Assembly: GCF_000485595.1 (NCBI RefSeq)
Contig: NW_014577074.1
Location: 1,309,420-1,371,666, forward strand
Direction: 5' to 3'
Source of the DNA: Priapulus caudatus
Taxonomy: Eukaryota
DNA: 62,247 nucleotides
The number at the start of each line of letters is the position of its first letter. Position 1 is the first letter of the stretch. The position numbers were made by a program, and so were the translations under genes. The notes under the pieces were generated by a model. That model was not told the DNA's origin. It saw only the letters and a program-made list of their open reading frames with translations, and did no database searches. Positions 1-13,229 of this stretch are shown one piece after another.

Positions 1-819
1 GATAGCTCTAAAACCTTTTACCGAGCAAATCACTGCACGGAGTGTGTGCTTACACGGTCAGTCACTAGTAGTAGGAGCGGTGCATGCACTCGTGGCAGGG
101 TGAGTGAAATATGGCTTTGGCTTAGTTTGGCGTGTGAGCACGGGCTATACGTCTGTCACCAGGGGCCTGATTATCAGAGCGTCGCACTGAACATACACTG
201 ATGTAAGTGCACGGTTGCCGTGTATATACTTACATCGGTGAGAAAGTTTCCGTCTCGCCGCGTATCGAGGGTGTTAGAAGTTTCGCGTGCCCTTTTCGCT
301 ATACGGACGGTTTATGATGTGTCGTGCTGAAGTTGAAGGCATGCAATAGGAGGCTTTTTGTGAATTGAGATTGCTTTTCTCAACGGACCGAATCGACATT
401 TGGGAAGGGGGGGGGGGAGAGAGAATGAAGCCAACAGACTCGCTCGTGGTTAAGGTAGATGCTCAGATATATTTTATTGCGCGCCACAGTAGCCGGTTCA
501 CGTACATATATATATACCTAAGGCCGCGTACGCTCCAAGACGGCATGGTGCAGCAGGGCAACACCTCCCGGCAGGCAGGGTATAACAGTGACCCATCTTA
601 TAAAAACTGCGCGCCATAGCCCGCGGACGAGTGCTGTGCTCGCTATATGAGGGCGCACGCGCAGTTACAAACCTATTGCAGCTCGCCGATTTCGAAGGAA
701 GAAGGGTCATCGCATATGTACAAGAGCGCACGACTTTCTGTGTATTTTCATTTCGGAAAAAAATTCGGAGGAGAAACGCACATATTTATGCACGACATTT
801 CCCACCCCTCGCTCTCTAA

Positions 820-1421
820 CATGGTTCGCACAGTCCTTGAAAAGTCCTTGAATTTGAGGGTAGTCCTTGAAAAGTACTTGAATTTAGTAAATGTTGATTT
901 TGTGCTTGAAAAGTGCTTGAATTTCATGAAAATGTCCTTGAATTTCATGAAAATGTCCTTGAATTTCATGAAAATGTCCTTGAATTTTTAGAAAGAATCC
1001 TTGCCGGTAATAAAAAGAAATTTTGTACCATCAATAATGTGCAAACCTCAATAAAAATTGCGTTAAATGAGCTTAAAAAGCTATAGACACGATAGACAGT
1101 TAAATGATGATCACAAATTACAGTAAGTCAGTAAAATCAGTCAGTAAATCAAGGTATGTTGTAGAAGTGACAGTGTTTAGAAGGGTTTATTAATGTGATC
1201 CAGGTAAGTTTTAGAGGTGACATGCAGTGATTAAGAATGGGATCTTAAATTAATTAACCAAAATTAATTATGGGTTATTAAATTAATCCAGGTATGTTTT
1301 GTTCTGTGTATGAATTCCGATAAAATGTCTGATAAAATGTTCTTGAATTTTCGATAAAATGTCCTTGAAAAGTCCTTGAAAAGTCCTTGGAAAACATTTC
1401 AGTCCTCCTGTATGAACCATG
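820..1421. mobile_element. Non-autonomous DNA transposon (MITE-like) with subterminal GTCCTTGAA repeats
   Basis: Termini CATGGTTCGCACAG...CTGTATGAACCATG are inverted repeats (12/14 match). Flanked by the 5-bp direct repeat TCTAA (815-819, 1422-1426). Internal 21-bp tandem GAATTTCATGAAAATGTCCTT at ~920-985. Confidence 0.75.
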
Positions 1422-2523
1422 TCTAACCTTTCTTTGCTAATTGCTAATTTGCTACTGAAACTTCTTTGGGTGGATTTACTGACTGGCTCGCACTGTGATA
1501 AGATATCATAAAAACAGTAGCTTATTCAGTTAACACCGCAGACAGACGCTCCGTCTCGTTGCCGCGACTGTATACTCTGCTAGATGCACCAGCCGAGGCG
1601 AGCTTTATACATTACAATATATAATTAATATTCACTATCGATAAAAAAAATTCATAATAAAAAACTGTGGGCGGACAGCAAATAAAAAGGTATTCGTGCA
1701 CGCCAACGCTCAATATTGACATCTACAAAATGGCACGTTAGTGTATTCGCTTCGCTAATTGTGGCTTCCGCGACGGCTTGTTTTGCGTTAAGATTCTTTC
1801 TTAACTAATTAGATACAACGTTACTCTGCTGTATTTATCACGTGTAAAAACAAAGAACGAACGGGGATCATTTTCTCTCGATTTTAAATGCAGCCTTAAG
1901 TAATTGATAAATGATGAAGTGCGTATGCAGCTCTTGCGTTGCTGTATGCGCTATAACACCAGTGGCACGCCCATAATTGCACTCGCCGTTTAATTAGCAA
2001 CCGAATACTTGCGTCTGATTACGATCAGCTTGTATTTCTATTGTATGCTGCAATCTTGCTTGTTGGGGGTTTGTAGAAAACATGCGAAACCATAGTCGTT
2101 AGAGCGTGATGTGTGACTTTGCCGCCAGATATTCTTATCATTAATCGATGACGAAGGAGATGTCCAACCGATAAATCGATGATGTGGGAATAGCGAGAAG
2201 CTAGGGATCTCCCCCGCAATAGTTTCACATAACTAATCCCACCTAGATTTGCAGAAACCCAAACTCGTGATCGGTGCTCCATGCCATGAATACCAACTAA
2301 AATGTAATCTCTTTAGAGATTAATTTAATTACGTTCCGGTTCCCACGCATGAAATATTCTCTCGGCTCTCAACTACCAAGACTTATCATTTTTATATCTG
2401 GGTAACTATTGGTTACACAAAGACGGAAGTAATACGCTCTGCAAACTCAGATATGGAAAAAGTCTCTGACGAAAACGAGTAGCGCAATTAATTCCCTGAC
2501 TATCTCTCCGGGAGTAGTGCACA

Positions 2524-2567
<44 letters not shown>

Positions 2568-2760
2568 TGAGTGTGTGCGTGCGTACGACTGCGTACGCAT
2601 GTGCACCCGTTCCTACACCCGCCAGAGCATCGCGTATTCATGCCTGTCTACGAGTCTCTTTTATATTATTATAGCTTGATTATATGTATGCTGCCGGCAC
2701 AATGTCATATAGGTGTTTTCATACACACCTGCAATCCGCTCCTGTGGTTGCGAATACATG

Positions 2761-2818
<58 letters not shown>
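2524..2818. repeat. (CGTG)n and (TA)n microsatellites
   Basis: (GCGT)n at ~2524-2568 and (TA)n at ~2764-2818 read directly. Confidence 0.95.
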
Positions 2819-2820
<2 letters not shown>

Positions 2821-2938
2821 ATATATGAGTATATGATTCAGTATTTCTATGGTTGTACTGTTGTCTACTGTAGGAACTTAGCCTGTAACTGCCACGTTAA
2901 TTAGCAATTGGCTGTTTCATCCGTCTGCGGTGATAGTA

Positions 2939-2988
2939 TCAGGAGTGAATAATAATAGATATATCTATTATTATTATTCACTTCTGAT
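2939..2988. mobile_element. ~50-bp palindromic micro-element, family A (ATCAGGAGT..ACTCCTGAT), copy 1
   Basis: Hairpin ATCAGGAGTGAATAATA...TATTATTCACTTCTGAT. Related copies at ~3835, ~43237 and ~49657. Confidence 0.6.
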
Positions 2989-3555
2989 AATATGTCAACG
3001 CTAATCATAGTATCATAGTATCATAGTATCATAGTATTATAGTAATCATGTATGTCATAGCTATAATAATCATGCCATATGCAGTGGGTATATTTCCAGT
3101 CGAGTGGCAGCGAAGTGCAATGGCTAGATCGGATACGCGTTGCACTACTAGTATAGCAGGTAGAATAGTGAGAGCATAAAAGTGTAAGCATACAGTTTAA
3201 AACGAAATCCCTATAGGTGTCAGGCTGCCCACGTTCATGCATATAAAACCTCATGGCTAGCTCTTACATCTCCGTTCTCCTCGCTCGGTCACGCACCAAT
3301 CTATTATTCATTAGGTCGGCACATCTCCAATAACCCGACAACAGAGATTGGTTACACGTGCCACGCTGTGAAAAACTGACACGTCTGTATTCGGACTGGA
3401 ATGGTTAGACAGTTAGCCATGACTGACCAGTGACCACCACTGAACAAACTGCTAAATTATATTATAACCGTTAATTGCACAACTATATACGATTGTAACA
3501 CCTGTCTGAGACGTGTTTGTTTGCAACAGTTTCGCTTAGATTTTCTTTGGTATTT

Positions 3556-3569
3556 GTTGCTATGGCAAC
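3556..3569. promoter_or_regulatory. RFX X-box consensus match GTTGCTATGGCAAC
   Basis: Matches the palindromic X-box consensus. Function is not shown. Confidence 0.3.
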
Positions 3570-3834
3570 ACACTCCAATTATTTGTTCGGTACTTAGTTC
3601 AGGCCAAACAAGATGAATGCATTTCTACCAGACACATTAGCTGTATTAATCCAACAATCTTATCACATCTTGTGTAAAATTGTTCCGAGAGCCACTTCGA
3701 AAGCTTGCAAGGCATCAATTTATAACGGCTTACATTTAACGTATAGCAATCAACACGATAAACTATAGCTTTGTCACGCGTCACTGCCGTACGTAGCTTG
3801 GATGCCCTCGAGTCCCTGGCGGCAGATACATGTT

Positions 3835-3884
3835 ATCAGGAGTGGATAATAGATATAGAATAGTCTCTATTATCCACTCCTGAT
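3835..3884. mobile_element. Palindromic micro-element family A, copy 2
   Basis: ATCAGGAGTGGATAATAGA...TCTATTATCCACTCCTGAT. Short flanking duplication (TGTTA if the ends are TCAGG/CCTGA). Confidence 0.65.
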
Positions 3885-4723
3885 GTTATGCGATGTTCAT
3901 TAGACGTTGTTGCTTGTTTTATTCGATGTTTTGTCGCGATCGCTTGCAATGGTAAATGTTACGTCTGGTTGCCACATCTGTCCAGAAGCCAACGTTGTCT
4001 GTCCGTACTACTTGTCTATTTAGTGTCAGTATCATATGTCACTGAGGAGTGGCGCAAATGCTGGCAAGGAATTCGGTTTCTTGGTATGCGTCGATTCGAC
4101 AGACAAGTTCTTCGTCGTCGAGTTCGCAAGAAGGTGTAGCTGCTGGCTATTTGCGGACGAGATACACACACTGTTTACATAGTCCGCAGCAGGCGTTTGC
4201 TAACAGCAATCAGGCTAATAGTGGACGCATCAGACATACCGAACGAAGAAGTCGTGACAGATTTTTTAGATTCGACGAATAATTGACCGAATAATGCTGC
4301 ACTCTCGATAAACACCAGTGATCATCTCTTCGGTAGCTATGGTTACCGCTTTGAAAACTTGCAGTCGCGGCGTGGCGCCCTATAGCATATTCTGCGCCGC
4401 CGCTGTAAGGCCTAATAATTGCCTAATTTTGCATTGGGCGTGGACAGCAAGTGCGAATCTTTAGATATGTTCTCGTGATTGCGTCTCGGGTTTCTTTCGC
4501 TTTGCGCACCGGGTACCTCGCGATCTCCCACTTGTACCGCGTAATATGATGACACGGGGATGGATGGAGACAGTTAATATAGGTTTGAGCGGAGGAGAGA
4601 AACATGGTTGGACAGCCGCTGCAGATGGTCCTGATCGTAATTAGTGTGCGAGCTCCATCCGGCTCGCGCAATATCGAGAAGTTATTACAGCGCGAGGTTC
4701 CATGATGTGTTTCATTTTGTTAA

Positions 4724-5407
4724 AAATGAATAATAGGTCCATTGATTGTGCAATGTTGACGAATGCTAGAGTAACTGGCACCTTGTGTATAGTTGATAAA
4801 CTTGTACATTACCTTAATTATTTCCAAACGCGTATTAGTTTGTCCAATATCACTGCTGGTTACTAAGGAATGTCTAATTGAAATCCGCAGTCCAAAAATC
4901 AGTTGTTTATACAGTTTCAAACCGCTGCCGGCGAAGCTGGTATGATACAGATGTATAGTGCACCGGACATTTTCGCACGCATGCTCGGCCGTACGCAATG
5001 CTATCATCAGTGATTTCCTAAACATGGACGCTCGTGATATTAGGAACTTTTTGCCAGGGCTGTCCACGTGCGTCCGTGATTAGTACGTGTGTTTTACTCT
5101 ATTTCCATGTTTAGTCCGTGGCCGTGGTTACACCGCTGACACCTCCGTTTCATCTGGCGTCCAAAACATACGGGCCGCACAAATGTTTACGTCATCGCTT
5201 GACTCCTGATTGACATTTACGGCACGTAAATGATACGTTGATACGATATCAACAACCGATTTCAAGTCTTGTTTGTAATGTAACGAGCAGTGATATTGGA
5301 CAAACTAATACGCGTTTGGCTATAAGGTAATGTACTTATTAACTACACAAGGTGCCAGTTACTCTAGCATTCGTCAACATTGCATAATCAATGGACCTAT
5401 TATTCCT
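4724..5407. mobile_element. Non-autonomous DNA transposon with ~130-bp TIRs, TTAA-flanked (Kolobok-like)
   Basis: ~4730-4863 is the reverse complement of ~5280-5405 (AATAGGTCCATTGATT...GTCCAATATCACTGCT). TTAA lies on both sides (4720-4723, 5408-5411). Confidence 0.7.
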
Positions 5408-6009
5408 TTAAGATTAATGTGTTCGTGGAACGTGATCGCGCTGACGGGTCTTGTCTGACGGGTAAATTTTGTGTAGAAACAGGTGATTGAGTGCATAATG
5501 AAAGCTGCTATTGATTAAAACGCCATGAAGAGCCGGGCGATATTGGAGGGAACGCGGGAGTGGGGGCGCGTGGGACCGAGATTTTCCTCACACCTACTTA
5601 AAGTCTACAGTCTAAATTGACTGCCGGTCGTCGTCGTTATTTGTCATGTTTGCGCTACTACAGAAATGACTATCTCATTTCACGCGTGCTGCATGAGGAA
5701 ATGATTCGTGACCAAAGGCTTTATATTTTGCATCGTAAATTATTCTCAAGAGTGTTTCTCACTTATGATACATATTAATATATACAATTATATACATACG
5801 TACGTGCTACGCATGCACAGCGCGCTCAGTCTCACACACACACACATCACATCACACACACACACCACAGCAGGCACACACACACAGTCCCCCGGCCCAC
5901 ACACACACGACACACACGCCACACACACACCACACACACAAAACACGGCACGGCACGACTGCACGCACGCACGCACACACACACCACACACAGTGACACC
6001 ACAGCCCAC

Positions 6010-6040
<31 letters not shown>

Positions 6041-6204
6041 ACGGGCCCCCGAGACGACCCGTGTGTATATGCAGGTGTGTGTAATATCAAGAGTCCACAA
6101 TAGAATTTTTTTTATTATGGATTCTTGATACATTAGCTATACGGTGTTTATTATCTCTATGCATGTAGGAGGGGCTTTTTTCCCCTCCCGAGGCCGCAGC
6201 CGAG

Positions 6205-6287
6205 CCAGCCCAGCCCAGCCCAGCCCAGCCCAGCCCAGCCCAGCCCAGCCCAGCCCAGCCCAGCCCAGCCCAGCTGAGCCCAGCCCG
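6205..6287. repeat. (CCCAG)n pentanucleotide microsatellite
   Basis: Direct reading of the sequence. Confidence 0.95.
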
Positions 6288-7588
6288 ATGTTTACGTGCA
6301 TGGATAATGGGAGCGCATCGATGTTGTTTGGTTTCCACACGATCACGATCCTGATCATGATGGAATTCCGTAACCCGGATGTCCAGAGATCCGCGTCGCA
6401 ATCTGATCAGAGGTATATATATCATAGAAATGTGGCCAAAGTCAACACACCCTTCTCGCGTGGCGTTGTCCGTGCGCCTGACTGAGCCTAGGAAAGCCCC
6501 GCGGAGCCTTCGTCATCAAAGACTGCAGTAGTAGATTACGTGCAGTAGCTATATAGCTTTACCTCAACAGTATCGAAATACAAGGCGCCCGCTCGCTATT
6601 TGCCTTTCGCCATGCAATAATGGTCTATAAATACGTGTTTAAAATTTCACGATCGACTTACAGCGTTTCTTGCGTCGCGTGATAGTGTGAGTGCCGTACG
6701 GCATGCAGTATTAATGCGTGATGGATGATTTTAACATGGCAAAGGCAAACACTGTGTACGCTCTACTGCCGAGTAAATCACACAACCCGAATAGCGTTTG
6801 TGAAACGGGCAATTTAGATTTTAAATGGTAACAATTTATTTTTCAAATAATCCTTTAGGATTTGCATGTTATGCGGTACGTCGTTCTGATGGGATTTTAA
6901 ATCACACGTGACAATTAAATTGTGATGATATCATGTAACAATGGATAGTTGCATCGTTAGCGGCTGGCAGATTGAAATACGGGGGGGGGGGGAGTACATG
7001 TGTGTTTAATAATTTCTGAAGCACTCAATTTGCGCGTGTGTATTTTGCTTTTGCAAATCTAGAAAAAGCTGCTAGTTCTACCTCTAGAATAGTTGTTTTT
7101 AGGAAAATCGTGGTCGCAGTGCGCGGTCGTCATGTAAAAAAATATAACTTGAATTGAGAGAGTGCCGAGAATAGATAGATAGAGAGAGCGAGAATCGAGA
7201 GAGATGCGTATTGTGAACCGTTCATTCTGGCAGCCGAGAGTTTTGACTCTCTGTGTATGTGGGCGCGCGCGCGTGTGTGTACAGTATCTGATCATTATTC
7301 GCCGATGTGGCAGCTTTCACGGCTTTCATATAGAATCACGGGGCATTTTATCGGCACACGGCGATGAGGATTGCAAATCTCCATAATAGCCTGCGGTCCG
7401 CTACGTCGATTAGGGCTTCACGAGGGATGCACAGACTCCCTTGTTGTTGCAGCAGCGAGGCGAGCGCCCTGTTAATACCTCCACTCCTAGCTTCACGACC
7501 CTCCTAATAATCGAGAGAGAGAGAGAGAAAGAGCGAGAGAGAGAGACAGAGAGAGATAGAGAGAGAGAGAGATAGATAGATAGAGAGC

Positions 7589-7645
<57 letters not shown>

Positions 7646-7659
7646 ATAGATAGATAGAG

Positions 7660-8542
7660 NNNNNNNNNNNNNNNNNNNNNNNNNNNNNNNNNNNNNNNNN
7701 NNNNNNNNNNNNNNNNNNNNNNNNNNNNNNNNNNNNNNNNNNNNNNNNNNNNNNNNNNNNNNNNNNNNNNNNNNNNNNNNNNNNNNNNNNNNNNNNNNNN
7801 NNNNNNNNNNNNNNNNNNNNNNNNNNNNNNNNNNNNNNNNNNNNNNNNNNNNNNNNNNNNNNNNNNNNNNNNNNNNNNNNNNNNNNNNNNNNNNNNNNNN
7901 NNNNNNNNNNNNNNNNNNNNNNNNNNNNNNNNNNNNNNNNNNNNNNNNNNNNNNNNNNNNNNNNNNNNNNNNNNNNNNNNNNNNNNNNNNNNNNNNNNNN
8001 NNNNNNNNNNNNNNNNNNNNNNNNNNNNNNNNNNNNNNNNNNNNNNNNNNNNNNNNNNNNNNNNNNNNNNNNNNNNNNNNNNNNNNNNNNNNNNNNNNNN
8101 NNNNNNNNNNNNNNNNNNNNNNNNNNNNNNNNNNNNNNNNNNNNNNNNNNNNNNNNNNNNNNNNNNNNNNNNNNNNNNNNNNNNNNNNNNNNNNNNNNNN
8201 NNNNNNNNNNNNNNNNNNNNNNNNNNNNNNNNNNNNNNNNNNNNNNNNNNNNNNNNNNNNNNNNNNNNNNNNNNNNNNNNNNNNNNNNNNNNNNNNNNNN
8301 NNNNNNNNNNNNNNNNNNNNNNNNNNNNNNNNNNNNNNNNNNNNNNNNNNNNNNNNNNNNNNNNNNNNNNNNNNNNNNNNNNNNNNNNNNNNNNNNNNNN
8401 NNNNNNNNNNNNNNNNNNNNNNNNNNNNNNNNNNNNNNNNNNNNNNNNNNNNNNNNNNNNNNNNNNNNNNNNNNNNNNNNNNNNNNNNNNNNNNNNNNNN
8501 NNNNNNNNNNNNNNNNNNNNNNNNNNNNNNNNNNNNNNNNNN
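7660..8542. other. Assembly gap (N run) flanked by GA/CT microsatellites
   Basis: Run of N. Confidence 1.
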
Positions 8543-9674
8543 TCCCTCCCTCCCTCCTCTCTCTCTCTCTCTTTCTCTCTATCTCTTTCTTTCACTCTCT
8601 CCCCTCTGTCTGTCTGTCTCTCTACCCTCTCTATCTCTCTCGCGCGTGCGCTCTCTTCCCCCCTCTTCCTCTCTTCCTTCTACTTTCTCTCGCCGTTACA
8701 ATTAATGTTCATTTATATATTGATAATGACTGACCGCAATTCATCAGCCTTTTCTCTCCAGTGCAATCCGTGGCGATAATAATGACATTCCCGATGAGCA
8801 AATGAGCTGTTCGCCTGCAATTATTTGGTGTTGAGAAGAGCAAAATTCGCGGGGATTATAAATAAGCGAGCAGCAGCGATTTGCTGCTGCGTGTGCAGAC
8901 GCTAGCAATTTATTCGTTTTATATATTTCCGCTAGATTTCGTTATATATGTGCTCGGGTGCTCGGATAAATAATAGCTAGACGTTCTTGCCCGCGAGATA
9001 CAGTAATAGCCTTCATTTCAAAAGGTCAACGTTAGACGGTTCGATTTGATTTGATCCGTGTACAGGTTAATTGCATGCCACATTAACAGAGCATAACAGT
9101 GTGTACAGATGCGTGTATGCGGTGGAATTCACCCGTAGAACGTCCTTTAGCTATTATGTTATTGCAAAGGCCGTGTAGATGAGGTCTTAACAACGTTCCA
9201 GCGCAGATCGATCGGTGGTACTCGGTAAATATTCACACTCCACACTGGTCGTATGTATGTAATTATATTTACTCATTTATATAAACATCAAAGTTTCATA
9301 TAGCCAAATCATATTAAATCGACATTGATGTGTGGAACGCCCCGATGTTACGGCTGCAATGAAAAATCTAATGAGTCTTATCTTGCATTCAAGCCGGGGG
9401 CTTTTCTACCCTCTAACGTTCGCTGTGTTAGCTGTGCTGTAATTACGTGCGCAAAGGGCTTCTCCTTTAGCTGTCATACGAATCATGGGAGTTGCGTTGA
9501 TTTGGAGTACTTTTGGGATCGAATTTTCCTTTTGTGAGGTCTCCTGCATTTGAATTCTGATGTTGAAGTGGCGATCTCGAGAGGAAAGCGTCAGAGATGG
9601 CGTGAGGGGGTGGGGGGTGGCTGAGACACAGACAGGCGATCCCTAGAGACAAGAGACATATATGTCTCTATCTA

Positions 9675-9724
<50 letters not shown>

Positions 9725-10529
9725 GGTGTATATATATATATGTATATATATAGGTATACATATGTGTATATAGGTATACATATGTGTATATATAGGTATG
9801 TATGTATATATATACGTATGTATATATATGTAATTATTATCTCTCAAATAAATCGAAATATTAATACATGTAGCCAAATTGGGTCTCGCCCCTTATATTA
9901 GCAGAACGTTACTAATTCCCACAGCATTAAAGTAAAACGTGTAGAAACAGGGTACGGTACCAGTCGAAGGCATCTCGTGCGATGCAAGAATCACGTGCTA
10001 ATCTGCTATTGCTGTTGACATATATGTAAACAAATCTACTTTAAAATGCAGATCGGTGGACATATTGGTGAAAATAATTATGTGTGAGACCTGTTAGCTT
10101 TATACTGTATACAGTTGGTGCTACGCAAGGAGCACCATTAATTATCAGAACGGTCGAGGAAAATATGAAAATGGTTGGGAAAACGTGAAATCTTTTCTTT
10201 CGACACTCAGTAACTCGCCCATATTCATGTTTCGTATAAAAATCGCATTCCTGAGAGATTGACCGAAATCAACGCAAGGATTGTCTACAAAATTCAACCA
10301 TATACGCAAAACCGCTATATCGCATAAATACAGTGACAGCTACCGCGGGAAAAATGTGATATCTGTGAAATATATTTTCTAACAAATTCTGGGTGTTTTT
10401 GCTATTTTTACATTTACGTTTCACTATAGATCCTTTATACTGGTGTCGTCCACCGGTTCACACCTTTTGCTGTACATCGTGGGGGCCATTTGTGGCGATT
10501 GTTCTATTTCCCTCTCTGTCTGTTCATTA

Positions 10530-10795
<266 letters not shown>

Positions 10796-12326
10796 GCCTG
10801 TTTATGAAAGCGGAGGTGTTATTTTTCAAATAGTATGTGTCAAAGAACTTTAACTGTGAAATCTAGCTTTCCAGCTACGCGACAAAAACTGCCGACAATC
10901 GGCAATCGGCGCATCGGCAATCAATGCAACAAATCGGCATCGCTTGCTGGGCTGCGCGCAGCTCGCGTTCTTCAGCCAGCAATAGCTATGGTGCTCTCCG
11001 TGTTATACTTGATTACTCCGTCTGAGATCCCACTCCGGCATCGCACTGCATTCCCCGCGCGCGCGCGCGTCCCACAGCTGCGCTCTTCGCTGACCGCACG
11101 AGAAAATGGATACGATGTAGCCATAGTAAACGCACCCGACGCGTCGGCCGCCAGCCGCCAGCCGCTCGGTTTACGACGTGCGATGCGAGGACTGTCTAAA
11201 CAGTGCTCAGCAGCATCAGCTGTCACGGAGCCCAGCATGCGGTAGAGCTACGTAAAGCTGGGGGGTTTCCTCGGCAGCTTCCCAACATCTGAAGCGGCGT
11301 AGAGGCGGGCCGCGCGTCCTACCACGCGAGTAAGAGAAGGTAGACAAAAAAGAGTAGTACCATCTGTCTGTAAACAATACCTCGAAAAAATGTTGGCTGG
11401 TTGTTCGGTTCGCTGCATGGGGCCGGACGGGAGAAAAAAATAAAGAGATAATTATGCGATCATTAGCAGATCTAGAAGTTGCGAGTAAAACCGGAGAGGT
11501 TGCGTGTAAAAGACCTGCTAATAATCTCACTTAACATGCCACCATGTGCAGTTGTTATCGTATCCAGTGACACAGAACGAACGTTCAGGACGTGAAGGAA
11601 GGGAATTTATAGCCAGGTGGTTTACGATCGAGCGGGAGCTTATATTGGGGAAATGTTAGACACGTATGGGCGCGGCAAACGTTTAGCGCTGTCATGTATC
11701 TAATGATAAAGCAGACTTCATAAATTGCTCAGCATCACGGCTCGGTTAATGATTGCAGGGGAGATGAAGGCGAACCATCGTGTTTGCTACAGACGCATGT
11801 TTACCTCTAGAGACGACAGCACTCAACAGCTACTTCGTTTACAAAATCGTTTCCTGCCAACGGAAAACGCCGCAAAAAATTCCGTTCTCTTGGGGCACGC
11901 GCGAATGGTACCCGCGAATCAGCCGGGAGGAAAAATTGCGATGTGCAAAAAAGAGACTACAGTTCAGAGTTCACCATTCTGTTTGTTGAATGCGTCACTT
12001 CGCCATTAATCATCTGTCTAATGTATACTGTAATCATCCGTAATCATCTGTATTAATGTATATACTGTTTCTCCGCCTGATGAACATTTGGCATTTTCTT
12101 GCCAATGCTGGCGTCTTTGATTTAGTCCAACCTCTCCTCCATGTTCCGCGGGCGAATCGTCCGTTGTAGGACCTCTCTTCTTGCCGTGATTACCGTTTGC
12201 TAATTGCTTCCCTCCCTCGTTTTTCGTTAAGTGCTGAAGTACTCTCGGCAGTAAGGATGCAGCACTCTCGGGCGTGAATCATTGAGTGTTTACATTCCTG
12301 ATCATTCGTCTTCGTTGTGTTTTTAG

Positions 12327-12481
12327 GATCGACGGAGCGGGTTTGCCTCGTGTCAGGAAGTCTAGAGGCCATCATGACGATCCATGGCTTCATTATGGAG
12401 AAGATACGGGAGAAGCCAGACCCCAACTCGAAGCAGGCCATCGATTACGACCACAAATTCGCAGCGGACCGTGATAAACAG
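12327..12481 (+). CDS. Nova: Nova/pasilla RNA-binding protein, exon encoding the C-terminal half of KH1 and the linker
   Basis: ttttag acceptor, phase 1, translates (G)STERVCLVSGSLEAIMTIHGFIMEKIREKPD...DRDKQ, then CAG|gtgcgc donor. Resembles NOVA1 PGTTERVCL...IAEKIRE and pasilla ...ERDKQ. Gene model: 12327-12481, 16532-16717, 26640-27701; the 5' exons were not found. Confidence 0.92.
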
Positions 12482-12640
12482 GTGCGCTGCGCTGACGGGT
12501 GTCGTGCTGGTGACAAATGAGTGTTGGCGGTGGTTTTTAAACACTCGCAGTGATGCTACAGGCGCCGGGTGGGCTAAAGAAGATAAGGTGTGGGTAAGGA
12601 AGATAAGGTGTGGGTTGGGTATAGGAACTATTTCTAGTAG

Positions 12641-13229
12641 TATAGCCCGCATACAGTTGCCGCAGGGCTATAGAACATTCTATTACGAATGCTAGGGACG
12701 AACTTATTCACGGTTACTCGCGGCTATAAAACGTCGGTGGTAGGCAATTAATGCCTCTTATCCGAAGTGAATATGTCTTAAGTTATATCAGCTACTAAAA
12801 TTTAACCTCTAACTATCGTTGAAATGGTCTACTTGCGGTATTTCTTGTGAACGAACATTATTTACGAACTTCAAACGGCAATTTTTGGTGGCGCTGCAGC
12901 AGCGCCAGTTAGCGGGAACTATGTATTTTCGCACGTGGAGGGGGGGGGGTTGTGTTGGTTGTGGACAAAAACATTTCTGTTGTCAAGTAAGTTGTAACAA
13001 ATTAAAGCGATCAAAAAAGATTGTAATATTAGTTTTGTCATGAAAGATGAACAAATTACTATTATTAATTTGTTATTTGACAACAACGTTTTTGTCCACA
13101 ACCAACACAACCTGCCCACCCCTCCACGTGCGGAAATACATAGTTCCCGCTGACTGGCTGGAGTAAGTTGGTCCCGAGCATTCGTAATAGAATGTTCTAT
13201 AGCCCTGCGGCAACTGTACGCGGGCTATA
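12641..13229. mobile_element. Fold-back element with two nested inverted-repeat pairs in a Nova intron
   Basis: Outer IR TATAGCCCGC.TACAGTTGCCGCAGGGCTATAGAACATTCTATTACGAATGCT (~12641-12708 vs ~13163-13229). Inner IR ~12903-12990 vs ~13072-13158. Confidence 0.75.

Noticed and set aside
647..991. 114-aa ORF with LNFMKMS repeats
   Set aside because: It is the translation of the 21-bp subterminal repeats of the MITE at 820-1421.
7504..8595. 363-aa ORF
   Set aside because: It spans the N gap and microsatellites.
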